From the IMG/VR virus record IMGVR_UViG_3300047157_000197, positions 211,971 to 275,970 of that record: a DNA stretch of 64,000 bases; one strand, written 5' to 3'. The position numbers were made by a program, and so were the translations under genes. The notes beneath the pieces were generated by a model. That model was not told the origin of the DNA and ran no database searches. It saw only the letters and a list, made by a program, of their open reading frames with translations. Shown here piece after piece: positions 51,418 through 62,679 of the stretch; position 1 is the stretch's first letter; each line of letters starts with the position of its first letter.

Positions 51418-52217
51418 TAAAAGAAATAATTTGTATAGGAACTTCTTTTACAGAAGGGTCTGGATTAAATCCAAAAGGTAAAAAAGATGTAAACCAAGCT
51501 GTAAAATGGTATAAAGAAAATAAAAATATTACAATAAAATCACTGTCAGAATACTCCTGGCCAAATGTTCTATCTGAACTATTAGATATAAAAGTAAGAA
51601 ATTTAGGTAAATGTGGTTCAAGTATAGAATATCTTATGAGAACTCTTGAAGAAATACTTGAAACCGAAGATTACTCAAATAAATTATTTATCTTAGAATA
51701 CTCTAGTTGGGGTAGAAGTGAATTATGGTCATCAGAATATAATCAATGGATAGTTGCAAATTGGGGACATAAAAATGGAGATGAACCATCAGATGGATAT
51801 GCTACTATGCTTTCTACTGATTATAATTTCGGAGAACAATTACCTCATTCAGAAATAAATTTTTATGATGAATTTTTAAATAAATTTTTTAATGAAAAAG
51901 AATTTTTAAAACAAAGAGATAGACATTTCTTAAACTTATTATATAAACTTAAATCTAAAAATATTAAATATCAAGTACTTCTATTAGAGAATTGTTTCTT
52001 AAATGAACTAGAATCTAATCCATTGTTTAACAATAAAGATTTAGATTTTAAAATAGATAATAAGCATTGTGATTTATGGGGATTTGTAGAAAAGAAGGGT
52101 TGGACACTAACTGCAGAAACAAACGGAAAAATAAAGGATGACCACCCATCAATTTCAGGACATCGATTTCTAGCTGAAGAACTTGCAAGAAAATTAAAAG
52201 TAGTTAATAACATATAA
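51414..52217 (+). CDS. SGNH-hydrolase-like protein
   Basis: GTSFTEG, SWP, NLGKCG, DDHPS. Confidence 0.65.
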   Translation: MIKEIICIGTSFTEGSGLNPKGKKDVNQAVKWYKENKNITIKSLSEYSWPNVLSELLDIKVRNLGKCGSSIEYLMRTLEEILETEDYSNKLFILEYSSWGRSELWSSEYNQWIVANWGHKNGDEPSDGYATMLSTDYNFGEQLPHSEINFYDEFLNKFFNEKEFLKQRDRHFLNLLYKLKSKNIKYQVLLLENCFLNELESNPLFNNKDLDFKIDNKHCDLWGFVEKKGWTLTAETNGKIKDDHPSISGHRFLAEELARKLKVVNNI

Positions 52218-52219
52218 AG

Positions 52220-52615
52220 ATGAGAAAATACTTACCAACATTAGGAGAATTGATTGATAGATTATCAATCGTTCAGTTAAAAGAAGTGAAGATTCCACAA
52301 CATAAAGAGGAATATGCACAAGAAATATTAGAAATAGTACACGATATTAACGAAATCCTTAATGATAAACCAAAAGTAGATGGAGAATTTATCAGAGCAA
52401 TAGTTGTACTATCTCAGATGAATACACATATTTGGTACAATGAGGATAATGCAAGGAGTGGTGATGATGTAGGAAATAAATTAATGTTAACACATGGTTT
52501 AAATGGAATCAGAAATACTGCCAAAAATAAAATACAAGAATTAGATGGTGGTAGAAAAGATTACAAGATAGATTGTATTGCTGATGAATTTAATGATTGG
52601 GATGTATCGTGGTAA
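52220..52615 (+). CDS. helical hypothetical protein (DUF4254/DUF6165-like)
   Basis: GELIDRLSI..LK, IW..ED, N..R...K. Confidence 0.5.
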   Translation: MRKYLPTLGELIDRLSIVQLKEVKIPQHKEEYAQEILEIVHDINEILNDKPKVDGEFIRAIVVLSQMNTHIWYNEDNARSGDDVGNKLMLTHGLNGIRNTAKNKIQELDGGRKDYKIDCIADEFNDWDVSW

Positions 52616-53220
52616 AAAATAAACTTTGGAGATTTGGAGATTCATATTCTTTAACTTCAAAAGATTTTAATCATATTGAACAAAATCATTCGACTTATAT
52701 AGCTGAACATTTTAATTTAGAATTAGTTCATCTTGGTCAAGGTGGGTTATCTAATTTAGAAATATTTAACAAAATTTTATCTAATAGTCAAAAATACAAA
52801 AAAGGTGATATGTTACTAATTAATTTTGCATCACGAAGTAGATTTGCAATTGTAGAAAACGATGAAATTATAAAAATAAATGGAGGAGAAACTGATATGA
52901 ATAATCAAACGATTAGAAATGGTGTTTTGAGTAATTTAGTAATTCCTATATCGGATATAATTTTCTATTTAATTAAACCCTTTTTAGAATTATTAATTAA
53001 AAAAGGAATTAGAGTTTATCATTTTTATAACGATGTTGACAGAGAAGATGGACTTGTTTCAACAAAAATTAAAAATGAATTAATTTTTGATGTAAACGTA
53101 GGGTTCATTCAATGGATAAGTGATAATGGGTATGAAGATTTATCACCAAATGGAAATATACATTATTTAGTTGGTAAACAAAAAGAAATTGCAGAAGAAA
53201 TAATCAACAAAATTAGTTAA
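52609..53220 (+). CDS. SGNH-hydrolase-like protein
   Basis: FGDSYS, LGQGGLSN, GNIHY; GTG start. Confidence 0.6.
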   Translation: MVKNKLWRFGDSYSLTSKDFNHIEQNHSTYIAEHFNLELVHLGQGGLSNLEIFNKILSNSQKYKKGDMLLINFASRSRFAIVENDEIIKINGGETDMNNQTIRNGVLSNLVIPISDIIFYLIKPFLELLIKKGIRVYHFYNDVDREDGLVSTKIKNELIFDVNVGFIQWISDNGYEDLSPNGNIHYLVGKQKEIAEEIINKIS

Positions 53221-54066
53221 ATGGAAATAACAAACAAATTACATATATTTGGCTGTTCACATTCAACAGGTATACACAGAGAAGATAATAACAAACCATT
53301 TTGGGCAGACTACATTGCTCAAAATTTAGGATTGGAAAGATTCCCAAGAATTGGACACTCAGGTAAAAATGTTGAGTATATTTTATTTGATATATTTGAT
53401 AGAATATTAAATAATGATATTTCAAAATCAGATATTGTTATTTTAAACACATCTTACCCACTTAGATTTGGTACCCCAAGATTACAAAACTATAATAAAA
53501 ATCCTATGGATTATGATTTTGATTATGAAAAAATTTTAGGAATAAAAGACTATGAATCTTTTGATGAGTTAGATACAAGCTTGACATTTAATCTTTGGTA
53601 TCATCAAACTTTTGGAGCTTGGAAACTTTTAAATTCTATATGTGATAATGTTTATCAATGGTGTGTAATTGATGTAAATGAGATTGATAAAACCTTTCAG
53701 GATCTACAATACAAGTTACATAATTCAGAAATTCCAAAACGTAGTAATAAACTTTCTTTTTTAGAAGATGCTTCTTTATATCTAAATAATTCTGGTGAAT
53801 CTAATACCAGCTGGAAGAGAGGTGATTCATTAAGAAAATATCGTATGTCTCGTATGTCAAGAACAATAACAGCTCCTAAAGATGCACCGCTAAATCCTTG
53901 GAATAATTTAGTAAAATGTCCAAATAATTATAAGGATTGGGATAGTTATATTGAGTTAAATCAACATCCAAAGGGACATCTAAATAATACTGATAAACTT
54001 CATAAAGACTTTGCAAAACAATTTATAAACACAATAAACCAAAATGAAAATAAAAGATTATTATAA
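53221..54066 (+). CDS. SGNH-hydrolase-like protein
   Basis: FGCSHS, GHSGKN, GHLN. Confidence 0.55.
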   Translation: MEITNKLHIFGCSHSTGIHREDNNKPFWADYIAQNLGLERFPRIGHSGKNVEYILFDIFDRILNNDISKSDIVILNTSYPLRFGTPRLQNYNKNPMDYDFDYEKILGIKDYESFDELDTSLTFNLWYHQTFGAWKLLNSICDNVYQWCVIDVNEIDKTFQDLQYKLHNSEIPKRSNKLSFLEDASLYLNNSGESNTSWKRGDSLRKYRMSRMSRTITAPKDAPLNPWNNLVKCPNNYKDWDSYIELNQHPKGHLNNTDKLHKDFAKQFINTINQNENKRLL

Positions 54067-54337
54067 GATGTATCTATCGTTACATCAAAACAAGAATTGT
54101 ATCAGATTACATTTCTTAGGACAATGGGTAACTTTGATAAGTGCCTTTTTGATATTTTATCATTGGTTATGGTATCTAATACCAATTATACCATTTATTA
54201 TATATCCATTTGCATGGAGTGGTCATTATCTATTTGAAAAGAATGAACCCGCTGCATTCAAAGACCCATGGAAAGCAAAACTTTCCGATTGGATAATGTT
54301 TTTAGATATATTACGAGGAAAAGTAAAAATATTTTAA
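54044..54337 (+). CDS. DUF962 (Mpo1-like) membrane protein
   Basis: YLSLH, LHFLG, AWSGHYLFEKNEPA. Confidence 0.8.
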   Translation: MKIKDYYKMYLSLHQNKNCIRLHFLGQWVTLISAFLIFYHWLWYLIPIIPFIIYPFAWSGHYLFEKNEPAAFKDPWKAKLSDWIMFLDILRGKVKIF

Positions 54338-55278
54338 TGAGTGGCAACAAAACTTTAGTTGTAATAGGATGTAGTTTAACATTTGGTCAAGATGTTAAAT
54401 ACGAAGAAACTTGGGGTTATTTATTAGCAAAAGAACTTGGGTTGGATTACTTAAATCTTGGTTGTGGTGGAACTGGTTGGTATTATGTTGAGGAAGTAGT
54501 AAAAACATTTGTTTTAGAAAACCAAGAAAATATAGATGATTACTTATTCGTTATCCAAAAATCAGAATTCAATAGAAGACCAAATTATGAAGAAATTTCA
54601 TTTATACCAACAGAAAATAAAAATCTAAAGAAATATAATATAAATTTAATACCTAGGATTGCCTATGAATTTATAGGTCCAAAAGAAGGTGTTAGAAGTT
54701 GTGAACCTATTCATCACTTCAATAAAGATAGTTGGATTCATGATTTTAATATACCAAACCACAGAGTAAACCCTAATCATAGAAATGCATGGTGGGTTGA
54801 TGTAAATAAGGATGGTAAGAAATCTCCACATCCAAAAACAGATAGTATGGTTGAATCTTTACTTACGCATTGGGGATATTCTATATTTGGATTACATAAG
54901 TTTTTGAAAGAATTTAATGTAAATCATATACTTGTAGATGGTTATTTTCCAATCTTATCGTGTAAAATGAATTTTAAAAAATACGATTGTTTTAGTGAAG
55001 ATGAGTTTGAACTAACACAAGATTTTTGGAGTTCTAATCCAATGAAAAATGATGAAGATGAAATACTTCTCGTGAAGCATGATAATCCAAAATTAATAAG
55101 TATAATCGATAAAATAGATATTAAAAATAAAATAGATGATGTTGTTCTTTGGAGTACATTCTTTTGGAAGGGACATAATACTGAATATAATATTGATGGA
55201 GGACACCCTGGTCCAAAAGGACATATTAATATAAAAAATGTTATACTAGAAAATATCAAACAAAAAGGATTGGCATGA
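54337..55278 (+). CDS. SGNH-hydrolase-like protein
   Basis: GCSLTFG, NLGCGG, DGGHPG; start 54337. Confidence 0.7.
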   Translation: MSGNKTLVVIGCSLTFGQDVKYEETWGYLLAKELGLDYLNLGCGGTGWYYVEEVVKTFVLENQENIDDYLFVIQKSEFNRRPNYEEISFIPTENKNLKKYNINLIPRIAYEFIGPKEGVRSCEPIHHFNKDSWIHDFNIPNHRVNPNHRNAWWVDVNKDGKKSPHPKTDSMVESLLTHWGYSIFGLHKFLKEFNVNHILVDGYFPILSCKMNFKKYDCFSEDEFELTQDFWSSNPMKNDEDEILLVKHDNPKLISIIDKIDIKNKIDDVVLWSTFFWKGHNTEYNIDGGHPGPKGHINIKNVILENIKQKGLA

Positions 55279-56195
55279 AATATATCATAAATACAGGTTG
55301 TAGTTATGGAGTAATGTTTCGTTCCATGAAAGAGTTTACAAAAGGAAACGATACTGATTTTAAAGTAATTGATTTGCATTGTGATTCATTTGGTGCAGAA
55401 TATCAAAAAAGAAGTGTAGTTTATACTGTTTCTAAATTATTATGGGATGGTGTATTACCTGATAATATATTTGTAATAATAGAATGGTCTCAACCAAATA
55501 GATTATTTACAGAAATACCAAATGAATTATGTAAAGATATTTTAAATGATTCGGATAATATTGAAGGTACTTTTATTTTAGATAATAAATTTAATTTAAA
55601 AGAAAAAACTAATCAATTAATTGGAAAATGGAAATCATTAAATGTTATTATTGGTAATAAAGTTTACACAAACCCAGATGTTGATGATTTAACCTATTTT
55701 GAAAATAAAGAAATAGAATGGTATCTAAGTGAATATAAAAATAATTGTCACATATCACATAAACCAATAGATAGATATGAGCATTATTTACAATGTATTG
55801 TAGATACTCAAAGTTTTTTAACCTCATTAAATATAGAACACATTTCATTCTTAATGAATGATACATTTACAGATTTAAAAAGTAAATCAGATTATTTAAA
55901 AAATATTTGGAATTGTGTTGATTTAACTAAATTTGTATTTCATAATAGGTTTGGTGGAATTGATGAGTTTGCAATGGAAAAATTTGGTAACATTTCTTAT
56001 CTAAGTGGAGCAAATGAATGGGATATACCACCAGATGGTAATATGATGGAATTTGGTAATCATCCACATGATTCTGTATATATAGATTTCTTTGAACAAT
56101 ATATTTATATTAAAGGTAAAAAGTATTTTGGAAACCTAACATTTGATTATACGGATAGGTGGTTAAAAACAAAACATAATGCAATTAGGTTATGA
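55275..56195 (+). CDS. SGNH-hydrolase-like protein
   Basis: GCSYG, WSQPNR, GNHP. Confidence 0.55.
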   Translation: MKYIINTGCSYGVMFRSMKEFTKGNDTDFKVIDLHCDSFGAEYQKRSVVYTVSKLLWDGVLPDNIFVIIEWSQPNRLFTEIPNELCKDILNDSDNIEGTFILDNKFNLKEKTNQLIGKWKSLNVIIGNKVYTNPDVDDLTYFENKEIEWYLSEYKNNCHISHKPIDRYEHYLQCIVDTQSFLTSLNIEHISFLMNDTFTDLKSKSDYLKNIWNCVDLTKFVFHNRFGGIDEFAMEKFGNISYLSGANEWDIPPDGNMMEFGNHPHDSVYIDFFEQYIYIKGKKYFGNLTFDYTDRWLKTKHNAIRL

Positions 56196-56971
56196 TAAAT
56201 AAAAAATCAGAGTGGAATCAAACAAAATCCGATTGGGGATTTGGAAGAATAAAACTTGATAATTTTCTTGACGAAAAAACTGTACACCAATTATATGAAG
56301 AATGTAAGAATGCACCAAAAGGTGGATGGACTGTATTTACTCGTGCTGGTTCTCGTATGGAAGAATTTAATGATTTAATTTCATTACCAACTGCACATAG
56401 AGTAACCTATGATATAATGCATAGTGGAGAGTTCTTATATGAATTAGAACAATTGACAGGTATTGTAGGATTATTACCAGACCCTCATTTAGTTGGAGCA
56501 GGATATTCAATAATCCGAAATGGAAAAGATTTAGGTTGTCATTATGATTTCAATTGGAATGATAGAATTCGATTACATAGAAAACTAACATCACTACTAT
56601 ATATTACACCAGATTGGAAAAATGAGTGGGGAGGACATATTCAGTATTATGATGATAATATTGATATAAATCCAAAATCAAATCTTATAGAATCAGTTTC
56701 ACCAAAGTTTAACCGATTGGTAATTAATGAAAATGTAAAACATGCACCATACCATAGAGTAAGTTCGGTAAACGCACCAAATGATATTCCAAGATGTGCA
56801 ATCAGATTTTTCTATTATATTTCTACATCAGAATATGATAAGGATAACCCACCACATAGAAGTACATACAAAACAAACGAATACGAACATCACAAATTAC
56901 ATGAAGAAGAAAATTGGGATGGACACTTTGTAGGAAAAGGTGGTGAAGATTATGGATATAACTCAAAATAA
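56192..56971 (+). CDS. 2OG-Fe(II) oxygenase
   Basis: HYDFN, WGG, YH, R..I. Confidence 0.85.
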   Translation: MINKKSEWNQTKSDWGFGRIKLDNFLDEKTVHQLYEECKNAPKGGWTVFTRAGSRMEEFNDLISLPTAHRVTYDIMHSGEFLYELEQLTGIVGLLPDPHLVGAGYSIIRNGKDLGCHYDFNWNDRIRLHRKLTSLLYITPDWKNEWGGHIQYYDDNIDINPKSNLIESVSPKFNRLVINENVKHAPYHRVSSVNAPNDIPRCAIRFFYYISTSEYDKDNPPHRSTYKTNEYEHHKLHEEENWDGHFVGKGGEDYGYNSK

Positions 56972-57898
56972 ATGAAATATGTACTAACATCAGGTTGTTC
57001 TTTTACTAATAATGTAAGATTAAATCCTAATAATTTAAAAGAAGAAGATTCTAGTAGATTCTCATGGCCTTATTATTTACAAAAAGAATTAGGAAAAGAA
57101 TATGAGGTTTTAAATTATGGTGGTGCAACTAATGATAATGTAAGTTTATGTAGAATCTTTTTTTACCATACAAAAAGATTAATAAAAGAAGGAGTAAATC
57201 CAAAAGATATTATAATAATTGGACAATGGTCAGACCCTAATAGAGAATCTATTTGGATTAAATCTAAGTTCACAGAAGAAGATAGAGAAAAATATGGTCA
57301 CACCTTAGTTTATACACCAACCTGGGAAAAGGAAAATGGTTTCTTTTATTTAACAGGTGGATTTTCTCCACCAGATGGTGAAGATTCTGCACTTAAAAAA
57401 TATGGTATTGAAAACGCAATTAAATATTGGGAAGCAGATATCAATTGGAATAATATTTTAAATCAAGTTTTACATTGGTTAGAATCTTGGTCACATCTTG
57501 AAAGATATTGTAAAGAAACCCAAGTAAATACATATTGGATGAGTATGAGAAACCCTTATTCAGTTGAATCATATGAGTGTTGGTTTGGTGCACCCGAAAA
57601 CGATTCAACCATTCCTACAAAAAATTTATGGTTTGAGAAATATGAAATATTAAAACCATATATTGATGAATTACCAATTAATAAATCAAATCACTGGCAT
57701 TACAAAAACTATAATGGATTATTAGAATGGACAATTGATAATATTCAAGAAGGAGTTCCTTATTTTCAAGAATCAAGTGGAAAATATTTGAGTTGGGAAG
57801 ATTATAAAAAAGAAATCCACGAATATGGTTGGGGTCACCCATCACCACAAATGATGGAAAAGTTTGTAAAAGAAGAACTTATAAACATAATTAGATGA
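56972..57898 (+). CDS. SGNH-hydrolase-like protein
   Basis: GCSFT, SWP, NYGG, WS..R, GHPS. Confidence 0.65.
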   Translation: MKYVLTSGCSFTNNVRLNPNNLKEEDSSRFSWPYYLQKELGKEYEVLNYGGATNDNVSLCRIFFYHTKRLIKEGVNPKDIIIIGQWSDPNRESIWIKSKFTEEDREKYGHTLVYTPTWEKENGFFYLTGGFSPPDGEDSALKKYGIENAIKYWEADINWNNILNQVLHWLESWSHLERYCKETQVNTYWMSMRNPYSVESYECWFGAPENDSTIPTKNLWFEKYEILKPYIDELPINKSNHWHYKNYNGLLEWTIDNIQEGVPYFQESSGKYLSWEDYKKEIHEYGWGHPSPQMMEKFVKEELINIIR

Positions 57899-58533
57899 AA
57901 GAATATAATATAAATGACCCTTGGGATTGGGTAACTACTTTTGAAAATGAAGTTGCAGAATATACTGGTTACAGATATGGTATCGCATGTGATTCTAATT
58001 CTAACGCGATACGATTATGTTTACATTATTTAAACATTACAGATACCGATATAGAAATACCAGCAAATACATATGTATCAGTTCCTAATCAAATTATATT
58101 AAGTGGTAACAGACCACAATTTAGAGATATAAAATGGAAAGGATTATATCCAATTGGAGATACAAGTATCATTGATTCTGCAACTGCATTCTATGAAGGA
58201 ATGGGTAGAGGATATGAAGATAAATTTATGATTTTATCGTTTCATTTAAAAAAGATTTTAAATATTGGACAAGGTGGAATGATACTTACAAATCGAGATG
58301 ATTTTAATGAGTGGGCAAGACCCATGATTTACGATGGGAGACATAAGGATAAATTATATAAAGAAGATGAATTTGAGTGTATCGGTTGGCATATGTATAT
58401 GAGTCCTGAATCTGCTGAAAAAGGATTAAGAATATTTAATTCAGATAAAATACAACAATTTAACGAACCATGTGGCTCATCAGAAATGTATGGAGATTTA
58501 AGAAAACAGAAAATATACCAAGATTATGTCTAA
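57895..58533 (+). CDS. short DegT-family aminotransferase lacking the C-terminal domain
   Basis: FENEVAEY, IDSA, SFHLKKILNIGQGG; only 212 aa. Confidence 0.75.
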   Translation: MKEYNINDPWDWVTTFENEVAEYTGYRYGIACDSNSNAIRLCLHYLNITDTDIEIPANTYVSVPNQIILSGNRPQFRDIKWKGLYPIGDTSIIDSATAFYEGMGRGYEDKFMILSFHLKKILNIGQGGMILTNRDDFNEWARPMIYDGRHKDKLYKEDEFECIGWHMYMSPESAEKGLRIFNSDKIQQFNEPCGSSEMYGDLRKQKIYQDYV

Positions 58534-59581
58534 AAAGAAAATAAATAGAATTTTTTTACTTGGTGATTCTTGGATTGAAGGACAAGGTACCTATTCAGTT
58601 ATACACAAAGACGGCACACTAGATGAACCTTCAATGCCTTTTGATAATACTGGTTTTGGTGGAATTAATGAGTGGAGACGAGAAAATAGTTGGAATAAAT
58701 TTTTTAGAGAAGAGTATGGAGATGATATTGATATTATAAATCTAGGTAGACAAGGAGCAGATAATAAATCAATGTTTAGTAAATTAAACTATATTTTAAG
58801 TTATGATTACCAAGAGACTGATTTAATTTTATTTGGGTTCACTTCAAAATATAGAGATTATAATATAAACCACTGCTTTGGTAAAGAAAACTTAGATAAT
58901 TGGAGAAATGATGATGAAAGAAAAACCCAAGGACAAAAACACAATGAGAATTCTTTTCTATTACATAAATCAAATCCCATTATCAAATGTCCTATTTCCT
59001 ATGAAAGATTACAAATAGCACAACAACTTTTAAAAAAGAATAATGAGAAAAACTTATTTTTAGGAAAAGAGGACTTTTATGAATCAGATGAAATTCCTGA
59101 AGCTGAAAAAGAATTTTCAAGAAAATGGTTACAAGATTTTTTTGTTGAAATATTTGATGAGAGGGTTTATGAAAATATAGCATCAACAAATTATATGTTT
59201 TATCAAAAATATTGTAAATGGAAAGGAATTAATATTTTATTCTTTGATTTGTTTGAACCATATGTAGACTCAAAATTTCCAAATGAATTCTACAACGTAG
59301 ACACAGAAATGTATATCAACTATGGTAAAAAACATTTTAGAGATATTTTAGTAGATTATGAATTTGAAAATTATAGTTTTGATGCACCATATTCGGTATG
59401 GGAATGTGGACATACGTTTCCATCTTTAAACTCAAACCATTGGTATAAAAAAGGAGAAAAGTATTCTGGTCTAATATATCATCCAAATCAACATGGTTAT
59501 AAAGCGTTATTTGATTATTTAGTAGAAAATCATCTTAATAAAGGATATGAAATAAAACCAAAAATAAAAGATATTATATGA
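58526..59581 (+). CDS. SGNH-hydrolase-like protein
   Basis: GDSWIEG, NLGRQGADN, YHPN. Confidence 0.65.
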   Translation: MSKKKINRIFLLGDSWIEGQGTYSVIHKDGTLDEPSMPFDNTGFGGINEWRRENSWNKFFREEYGDDIDIINLGRQGADNKSMFSKLNYILSYDYQETDLILFGFTSKYRDYNINHCFGKENLDNWRNDDERKTQGQKHNENSFLLHKSNPIIKCPISYERLQIAQQLLKKNNEKNLFLGKEDFYESDEIPEAEKEFSRKWLQDFFVEIFDERVYENIASTNYMFYQKYCKWKGINILFFDLFEPYVDSKFPNEFYNVDTEMYINYGKKHFRDILVDYEFENYSFDAPYSVWECGHTFPSLNSNHWYKKGEKYSGLIYHPNQHGYKALFDYLVENHLNKGYEIKPKIKDII

Positions 59582-60300
59582 AAACATTTTATTCAAATGG
59601 TGATTCAGTAGTTTGGGGAGCAGAACTAGAAAATAAACAAACAGAAAGATATTCATCAATTGTGAGTAATTTGTTTAATTGGGTAGATTGTAATAATGCA
59701 TCTGCGGGTGTTTCAAATGATTATATTTTCAGACAGACTATGAGAGATGTTTCACATTGGTTAGATACAAAAAAATGTTGGAGTGAAGAAACTGGTTGGG
59801 TAAAAAGTGATGAACTTTTTGTTTGTATTGGTTGGACATCACCAACAAGATTTGAATGGTGGACAGGAAAAGAATATCAACAAGAAAGATTATGGGCAGG
59901 ATATGATAAGTGGGGAGATAATGATAATAATAGAACCACCGAAGATGATTTCGTTTTAAATCAAACAGAAGATATACCGTCTTACATAAAAACATTGAAT
60001 CAAATAATATCATTGGGTAGTTTTTTACAAGTAAATAATATACCATATTGTTTTTACAATGTATTCTATGATTTTAAAACTTTAAAAGAACCAAAAAAAC
60101 AAATTGATAAGTTTGGTAGAAAAACACACCAAACCTCTTTAAAATCACTATGGAAGCAAATTCCTAATTTTAATGATATATCAATGTACAATTATTTAAA
60201 AACAAATGGGGGAACGTTTTTACCAAGAAAACACCCAACCAAAGAATCTCATATTAAATGGGGGAACTATTTATATAAAAGAATTAGTAATGGCCTGTAA
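59578..60300 (+). CDS. SGNH-hydrolase-like protein
   Basis: GDSVVWG, NASAGVSN, WT..R, KHPT. Confidence 0.65.
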   Translation: MKTFYSNGDSVVWGAELENKQTERYSSIVSNLFNWVDCNNASAGVSNDYIFRQTMRDVSHWLDTKKCWSEETGWVKSDELFVCIGWTSPTRFEWWTGKEYQQERLWAGYDKWGDNDNNRTTEDDFVLNQTEDIPSYIKTLNQIISLGSFLQVNNIPYCFYNVFYDFKTLKEPKKQIDKFGRKTHQTSLKSLWKQIPNFNDISMYNYLKTNGGTFLPRKHPTKESHIKWGNYLYKRISNGL

Positions 60301-60421
60301 GAAAAAACCAAAAACAATTTTAGAAAAACGATTAGAAAAAAACCTTTCCAAAAAGGAATTAGAGGAGTTTTACAAACGAGCTGCTCATAATAATCATTTT
60401 AACGAAATATTCAATAGATAA
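60290..60421 (+). CDS. small hypothetical protein
   Basis: Likely start 60290 within the tracked ORF. Confidence 0.4.
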   Translation: MACKKKPKTILEKRLEKNLSKKELEEFYKRAAHNNHFNEIFNR

Positions 60422-60666
60422 TGACACCTCAAGAGTATTATTACAAATACGTTAGAAAAGATAATAAAACCCTTTACGAAATGCGGATAAAATCCCTCGC
60501 GTGGATGTTAGATTGTTTTGAAAAGGGAACCATACGAAAACGAACAATTGTAACTCTTATACCATTATCAGAATTAATAACCCTCTTAGAGTGGTTAGAA
60601 GAACGAGAAAGATATGAAGAATGTCATACAGTTAAAACAGTAATTGAAAAAATATATGAAAATTAA
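60421..60666 (+). CDS. hypothetical protein with UVR-like C-terminus
   Basis: EERERYEECH. Confidence 0.5.
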   Translation: MTPQEYYYKYVRKDNKTLYEMRIKSLAWMLDCFEKGTIRKRTIVTLIPLSELITLLEWLEERERYEECHTVKTVIEKIYEN

Positions 60667-60880
60667 TAAAAACACGCAACACATGGAATTTTACACAAAC
60701 AACCCAAGAAATCTTCACACTCCTATTAAAAAAGGAAAACTTACGAAAAAACAAAGGAACAAAGAGATAATTTTTAATTTAGAATCTACTATTAATTTTG
60801 AAAAATCCAAAATAGGTGGTGGTAATAAAGAATTGATTGAAAAATTTCAAAACAAATTAAATCAAAAGCTAAAAGGATAG
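60656..60880 (+). CDS. hypothetical protein
   Basis: ORF track; start uncertain. Confidence 0.45.
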   Translation: MKINKNTQHMEFYTNNPRNLHTPIKKGKLTKKQRNKEIIFNLESTINFEKSKIGGGNKELIEKFQNKLNQKLKG

Positions 60881-60884
60881 TAGA

Positions 60885-61610
60885 ATGAAACCTACTAAAT
60901 TAAATTCAATTCTATTTTTAGGAGATTCGTTTACATGGGGACAGGGATTACAATATTATCATCTAATAGAAAACGAAGGTTGGGATTGGAAAAAATGTTC
61001 TAATTTTTTAGAAAGTAGAGAAAGATTTGAAAACCTTGGATATGGAGCAGATGAATATAGAAGAATAAATTCATTCCCTAACCTTGTATGTAAAGAACTC
61101 AATTGTAGACCAATCATTCCTCAACAAGAAAATGGTGGAGATAATTCTAGAATTATAGATATCTTAGAACAAATACATCTATTTGTTACCTCAAATGTAT
61201 TAGATTGTATCATTGTTCAGTTTTCTATACCCTCACGAATAAACGATACGAGATACCAACAATTTAATAATATAGATGAGATAATCATTTCAGAGATAGA
61301 AAGAATAAATGAGTTTTCAAACAAAAATAATATACCATGGTTTGGATTTTCATGGACAAAAGAGGTAGGTAGTATATTAGAGACTCAATATAAAGAAAAT
61401 TACATCCCTATCCAATATGATAATAAAGAATGGAATTATTTTAACATTGAACATCATCCACCAAGTTTTCCATTTAAAAAACTCGTTATAGCAGGAAACA
61501 AGAAAATAAAAGATTTTCATCCTAATTTAGAAGGACACAAAGTTATAAAGAATTCCATTATTAACAAACTAACACGAGTTCGACCCCCTTTTGAACTTAT
61601 AGGGAACTAA
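60885..61610 (+). CDS. SGNH-hydrolase-like protein
   Basis: GDSFTWG, NGGDN, DFHPN..GH; most similar in layout to 33766. Confidence 0.7.
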   Translation: MKPTKLNSILFLGDSFTWGQGLQYYHLIENEGWDWKKCSNFLESRERFENLGYGADEYRRINSFPNLVCKELNCRPIIPQQENGGDNSRIIDILEQIHLFVTSNVLDCIIVQFSIPSRINDTRYQQFNNIDEIIISEIERINEFSNKNNIPWFGFSWTKEVGSILETQYKENYIPIQYDNKEWNYFNIEHHPPSFPFKKLVIAGNKKIKDFHPNLEGHKVIKNSIINKLTRVRPPFELIGN

Positions 61611-61614
61611 CATT

Positions 61615-61767
61615 ATGATAAAAAAAGAATGGACGTGGATGTTAAATCTACCAACAAAGACCCATAAGAACGAGACCATCAATCAAGATAACCTCGAAGA
61701 TGGAATAGATGATATTATATCAACTCCCAAAGAAACTCCTTACAATGATGATGAATACGATAATTAA
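61615..61767 (+). CDS. small acidic protein
   Basis: 50-aa ORF read by eye. Confidence 0.4.
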   Translation: MIKKEWTWMLNLPTKTHKNETINQDNLEDGIDDIISTPKETPYNDDEYDN

Positions 61768-61873
61768 TCCCTTATAACTCAACTAATCCCTTTTCGTTCT
61801 TTTGTCGTGGGGGGTCGAATGAGTCGTAAGAAAAATTTTTTACCCTATTTTTTATTGATAGTATTTATATAGA

Positions 61874-62014
61874 ATGAAACAATGTAGAAAATGTAATATA
61901 GAATTACAAGTATTTAATCCTTCAAGTGGACGATATTATATTTGTGGTAAATGTAATGATGTAACTTATCCTACCGAAGATATAGATAAGGTAGTAGAAA
62001 GAGGAAGAGATTAA
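61874..62014 (+). CDS. small zinc-ribbon protein
   Basis: CRKC...CGKC; TATTTATA upstream. Confidence 0.5.
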   Translation: MKQCRKCNIELQVFNPSSGRYYICGKCNDVTYPTEDIDKVVERGRD

Positions 62015-62520
62015 CTAACCCTATATACATAATACCCTATATACAGGTATACCGAATCCCACTACCGCATACTCTATACTCCCATACTCCCATACCAACA
62101 GTACCCCTACTCCAGACTCAACCCCAAACCCTTTCCCCCATAATAACCAAAACGATAACACCCTCGAACTCCCGATACTCACCTAAAACTTTCCCTATAA
62201 CTCTCTCTATTCCAATGTGTTAAATGGGGTAAAAGGGGGAGCTGTGAAAGTACGAGGTTTTTAATCCTTTTTAAGAGGTCTGAGATTGAATCCGTACCAA
62301 GATATTACACCCTACCCTAATTAACCACTATACCCTCTTATATGGAGTGTACAAGGGAGTTGGGAGTGCACATACTCACTATGGGGTTGAATATTACACC
62401 CTATGTCATATTATGATATGATGTAGTTCCCACTTTCTACCACCCGATACCACTATATCACTATGGAGAGGAGCCTCAAGCGTATGTGTTGTTGGAGGTT
62501 ATTTTTTTCCGGAGTAACTA

Positions 62521-62679
62521 TGACACATTGTCACACCCCCTACTTGGGACTCAATTGCATTATTCGTAATTCTACACTATGACACCTTGTCACCCGATTA
62601 TGGATTATTTAAAATATTGGAATAAACCGCCCATTTCATTGTCATATTCGTAAATCGATGATACTATGACACATTGTCA
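62521..62679. repeat. three CTA-TGACAC(A/C)TTGTCA palindromes
   Basis: 62521-62533, 62580-62592, 62667-62679. Confidence 0.9.

Noticed and set aside
62521-62679. CRISPR array
   Set aside because: Repeats only 13-16 nt, spacing irregular (59 and 87 nt), no cas genes; the two-copy repeat at 8156 has no spacer
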